Assembly (NCBI GenBank): GCA_963664305.2
Contig: CAXXLV010000002.1
Location: 1,280,001-1,344,000 of the forward strand
DNA from: an uncultured Aliarcobacter sp.
GTDB taxonomy: Bacteria; Campylobacterota; Campylobacteria; Campylobacterales; Arcobacteraceae
Direction of reading: 5' to 3'
DNA: 64,000 bases
Shown here: in pieces, positions 60,842-64,000 of the stretch
Layout of the letters: each line of letters begins with the position of its first letter
Numbering within the stretch: position 1 is the stretch's first letter
Translations under genes and position numbers: made by a program
The notes under the pieces: model-generated
What the model saw: only the letters and a program-made list of their open reading frames with translations
What the model was told of the DNA's origin: nothing
The model's database searches: none

Positions 60842-62317
60842 TTACTTATTTTTATCAATGGAAAAAATTATTCTGTTTTTATTGATTTTTTGGGCAATAA
60901 TTCCATAATTTTCCAACTTTTTAAAGTCTAAAACTTGTTCATCATTTACAGTGTAATGGATATAATAATCTGCATTAACATACTTTATAAATTTATAAAG
61001 TTCTTCTTCATTTAAACTATCTTTTTGTAATTTTACATACAAATCTTTCATCTGTTTATCTCTATTATCAAACCAACCTATTCCACAACTTGGAACAAAA
61101 TGTAAAGTTGGATTGAAATATAAAGCTTTATAAATATCAATGTTCATTCTATTTAATAAAATTGTTTTATTATTAAACTCTTCTGCTTTAAAAATTTTTC
61201 CATCATTTAGTTCTGTTTTAAAAGAGTATGTACTAAATCCATATGCAAACATAAAAATAGAATATGGGATTACTATAAAATAAAAAATTTTTGCTTTTGA
61301 AGAGTAATTAACATATTTTTTTGCAAATATTAAATATTTTCTTATTTGATTAAAAAATTGTTTTTTATCACAATCAATAACATAAGCCATAAAAACTATA
61401 ATAATTATTGGTAAAAAAAGATAAAAAAATCTTCCTTGATTTATCCATAAAATAGAACTTACTAACAAAAATAGTTCTAAAATTTTATCTTTGAAAAAAC
61501 TATATTTATAATATAAAGTGATTGAAACAATCAATACAAATATTATTAATAATAGTTTAGAATTGATATTAGTTAAAAATTTAAATAATGGCATACTTTC
61601 TGAAACATTTAAACCGCTTCTTAGTTGTTGGTCTGTTAAAACATATTTCACAATATCTATAAAACCACTTCCATCATTTATTAAATAATAAATCAAAACA
61701 AGAATTGAAGCTAAAAAAATCCCAAAGAATTGTTTATATTTTTTTTGTATTAAAAAAGTCAAACCTAAAAATGCACTATAAATATAATAGACATAATAAA
61801 AAGGTCCATAAATTAGAGTGATTATAAAAACTGGCCAAAATTTATTTCGTAATAACAACACAAATAAAACATATAAACCTGATAATAAATCTGGTCTCAC
61901 ATTTAAGTATCTTAAAAATGAAAAAATCACCACACTAAATACAACTAAATATATCAAGGTTTTAAAATCATAATTTATTTTTCTTCTTATATGTGAATCT
62001 ATTAAAAGCATCAAAACAAATAAAACGACCGTATTTATTGCTATATGAACAGTTTCATAAGAAAATATTTTCAAAAATAAAGCAATAAGTAAATGCCAAT
62101 TATGCCAAGGGTCATATTCACTAAATAAAGATTTTGGGAATACTTCTCCCCAATTTTTCATAACATCAAGATTAGCTGCAAAAGAGATATGTCTTAAACC
62201 ATCATCAATCATACTTACATCAATACTAAATGAAAACAAAAATGCTGCAACAAAATAGATAACAACACTTACATAAATTGGTAAATAACTTTTGTATTTA
62301 ATATCTGAAAAAATCAT
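60842..62317 (-). CDS. Polytopic membrane protein, candidate GT-C glycosyltransferase
   Basis: Many TMs, DD in first loop (IDDGLRH), RPD, divergent from the GtrA-family gene. Confidence 0.55.
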   Translation of the reverse strand: MIFSDIKYKSYLPIYVSVVIYFVAAFLFSFSIDVSMIDDGLRHISFAANLDVMKNWGEVFPKSLFSEYDPWHNWHLLIALFLKIFSYETVHIAINTVVLFVLMLLIDSHIRRKINYDFKTLIYLVVFSVVIFSFLRYLNVRPDLLSGLYVLFVLLLRNKFWPVFIITLIYGPFYYVYYIYSAFLGLTFLIQKKYKQFFGIFLASILVLIYYLINDGSGFIDIVKYVLTDQQLRSGLNVSESMPLFKFLTNINSKLLLIIFVLIVSITLYYKYSFFKDKILELFLLVSSILWINQGRFFYLFLPIIIIVFMAYVIDCDKKQFFNQIRKYLIFAKKYVNYSSKAKIFYFIVIPYSIFMFAYGFSTYSFKTELNDGKIFKAEEFNNKTILLNRMNIDIYKALYFNPTLHFVPSCGIGWFDNRDKQMKDLYVKLQKDSLNEEELYKFIKYVNADYYIHYTVNDEQVLDFKKLENYGIIAQKINKNRIIFSIDKNK

Positions 62318-62395
62318 TTTTCTCCTATAAAACCGAATTTAAACTTATCTTATGATATACTAAATTGATTTTAAATTATATTATGAAAGTTTGAT

Positions 62396-62803
62396 TTGTT
62401 AAAAAATTTTATACTCAATAAGTCTAATTGTAAAAAAAATCAATTTATTAAATATTTTTTTGTAAGTGGAATATCATTTATTGTTGATTTTTCAATATTC
62501 TTTTTTTTTGTTAATTATTTAGATGTTCATTATCTAATTTCTAATGTTCTTGCATTTTTATTTGGATTAACGACAAATTATATTTTAAGTATTAGTTTTG
62601 TTTTTACAAACAGAAAAATTAATCACAAAATGAAAGAATATATTTTATTTGCAAATATTGGAATTATTGGTTTATTAATAAATCAAGTTACATTATTTGT
62701 TTGTATTGAAAAATTTGAAGAGAGTTTAATTGTAAGTAAAATTTTATCAACAATTATAGTTTTTCTTTGGAATTTCTCTGCTAGAAAAATATTATTATTT
62801 TAA
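62396..62803 (+). CDS. GtrA family flippase-like protein
   Basis: QF.KY..V.G....VD, SN..AF, NY......VF, WNF..RK. Confidence 0.88.
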   Translation: MLKNFILNKSNCKKNQFIKYFFVSGISFIVDFSIFFFFVNYLDVHYLISNVLAFLFGLTTNYILSISFVFTNRKINHKMKEYILFANIGIIGLLINQVTLFVCIEKFEESLIVSKILSTIIVFLWNFSARKILLF

Positions 62804-62815
62804 TTAAGGTTTTAA

Positions 62816-64000
62816 ATGAAAAAAAAAGTATTAATCATTGGGGCAGGACCAGCAGGTTTAACAGCAGCCTACGAACTATCACTTGATGATAAATATGATA
62901 TTACTATTTTAGAAGCTTCAGATGAAATTGGTGGAATTTCAAGAACTATTCTTTACAACGGAAATAGAATAGATATTGGTGGACATAGATTTTTTTCTAA
63001 ATCTGATAGAGTTATGAATTGGTGGCAAAATATTTTACCAATTCAAGGAAGTTTAGCAAAAGACTACAAACAAACAAAAACTATCACTGAAGTTTCAACT
63101 TTAAAAAATGCACCCGATCCAGATATTGAAGATAAAGTTTTATTAATTAGAAATAGATTATCAAGAATTTTATTTTTAAGAAAGTTTTTTGATTATCCAA
63201 TCTCTTTGTCTTTAAAAACCATAAAGAACTTAGGAATTATAAGAATAGTAAAAATTGGAATGAGTTATATTTATAGAACTTTTTTCCCTTTAAAAGATGA
63301 ATCAACATTAGAAAACTTTTTTATCAATAGATTTGGAAATGAACTTTATAAAACATTTTTCAAAGATTATACACAAAAAGTTTGGGGTGTACCTTGTGAT
63401 AAAATCAGCTCACAATGGGGTGCTCAAAGAATAAAAGGTTTATCAATTACAAAAACTATAATTCATGCTTTAAAGAAAAATTTTAAATCAAAAGAGAACA
63501 TAAATCAAAAAAATATAGAAACAACTTTGATTGAAAAATTCTTTTATCCTAAGTTTGGTCCAGGACAACTTTGGGAAGAAGTTTTAAATATCTGTTTATC
63601 AAACGGTGTAAAAATTGAAAAGTTTTCAAAAGTAGATAAATTAACTATTGAAAATAACCAAATTAAAAAAATATTCTCATCATCAAAAGAGTATGAAGCA
63701 AATCACATCATATCTACAATGGCAATAAAAGATTTGATAAATTCAATAGAAGATAAAAAGCTTGATAATAAAGTAAAAGATATTGCCCAAAATTTAGTTT
63801 ATAGAGATTTTATAACTGTTGGAATTCTTTTAGAAAAACTAAAAATCAATAATGACACAAATTTTAAAACTATAAATAACATCATCCCTGATAACTGGAT
63901 TTATATTCAAGAATCAGATGTAAAAGTTGGACGTATCCAAGTTTTTAATAACTGGAGTCCATATATGATTGAAAATCCAGATAAAATTTGGATTGGATTA
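62816..64000 (+). CDS. FAD-dependent oxidoreductase (UDP-galactopyranose mutase/protoporphyrinogen-oxidase-like), partial
   Basis: Hand translation: [21 protein letters not shown]...GGISRT...[10 protein letters not shown]...[10 protein letters not shown]...[12 protein letters not shown]...PDNWIYIQE; runs off the window end. Confidence 0.85.
   Translation, partial: MKKKVLIIGAGPAGLTAAYELSLDDKYDITILEASDEIGGISRTILYNGNRIDIGGHRFFSKSDRVMNWWQNILPIQGSLAKDYKQTKTITEVSTLKNAPDPDIEDKVLLIRNRLSRILFLRKFFDYPISLSLKTIKNLGIIRIVKIGMSYIYRTFFPLKDESTLENFFINRFGNELYKTFFKDYTQKVWGVPCDKISSQWGAQRIKGLSITKTIIHALKKNFKSKENINQKNIETTLIEKFFYPKFGPGQLWEEVLNICLSNGVKIEKFSKVDKLTIENNQIKKIFSSSKEYEANHIISTMAIKDLINSIEDKKLDNKVKDIAQNLVYRDFITVGILLEKLKINNDTNFKTINNIIPDNWIYIQESDVKVGRIQVFNNWSPYMIENPDKIWIGL

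Noticed and set aside
3466..60885. Short antisense or overlapping ORFs in the track (e.g. 3466, 3849, 5231, 13147, 13712, 13779, 17737, 18164, 20585, 25152, 34220, 53212, 60607)
   Set aside because: Shadow frames of well-supported genes, with no RBS or motifs

Overview
AT-rich chromosomal window, most likely from an Arcobacteraceae (Campylobacterota) genome judging by gene content and the lon-bamD-proC-pseudopilin order. The first 20 kb holds a complete sufBCDSE-sufT Fe-S operon with a strong upstream palindrome. Next comes an apparent light/photo-oxidative stress locus: SDR, MFS, lipocalin, FAD desaturase-like, DUF1365, methyltransferase, DUF3833 (the furan-fatty-acid-type gene set), an EAL phosphodiesterase, an Fe-S-free PhrB-type (6-4) photolyase, a radical SAM/TIGR03915 pair, a second lipocalin and a TIGR03643 protein. 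Four of its promoters share a TACAAA-N7-TACAAA-N17-TAnnnT architecture, but no regulator is encoded locally. The locus is split by a decayed type I secretion/effector islet ending in a REP-flanked tyrosine transposase (RAYT). The rest mixes housekeeping genes (biotin carboxylase, selO, lon, bamD, proC, rdgB, slyD, valS) with c-di-GMP and chemotaxis genes (including lapG-lapD and a degenerate HD-GYP), pseudopilins, transporters, TetR/IclR modules with candidate operators, and the start of a GtrA/GT-C surface-glycosylation cluster. No rRNA, tRNA or CRISPR array was seen. Family assignments come from motif recognition by eye, not database searches.
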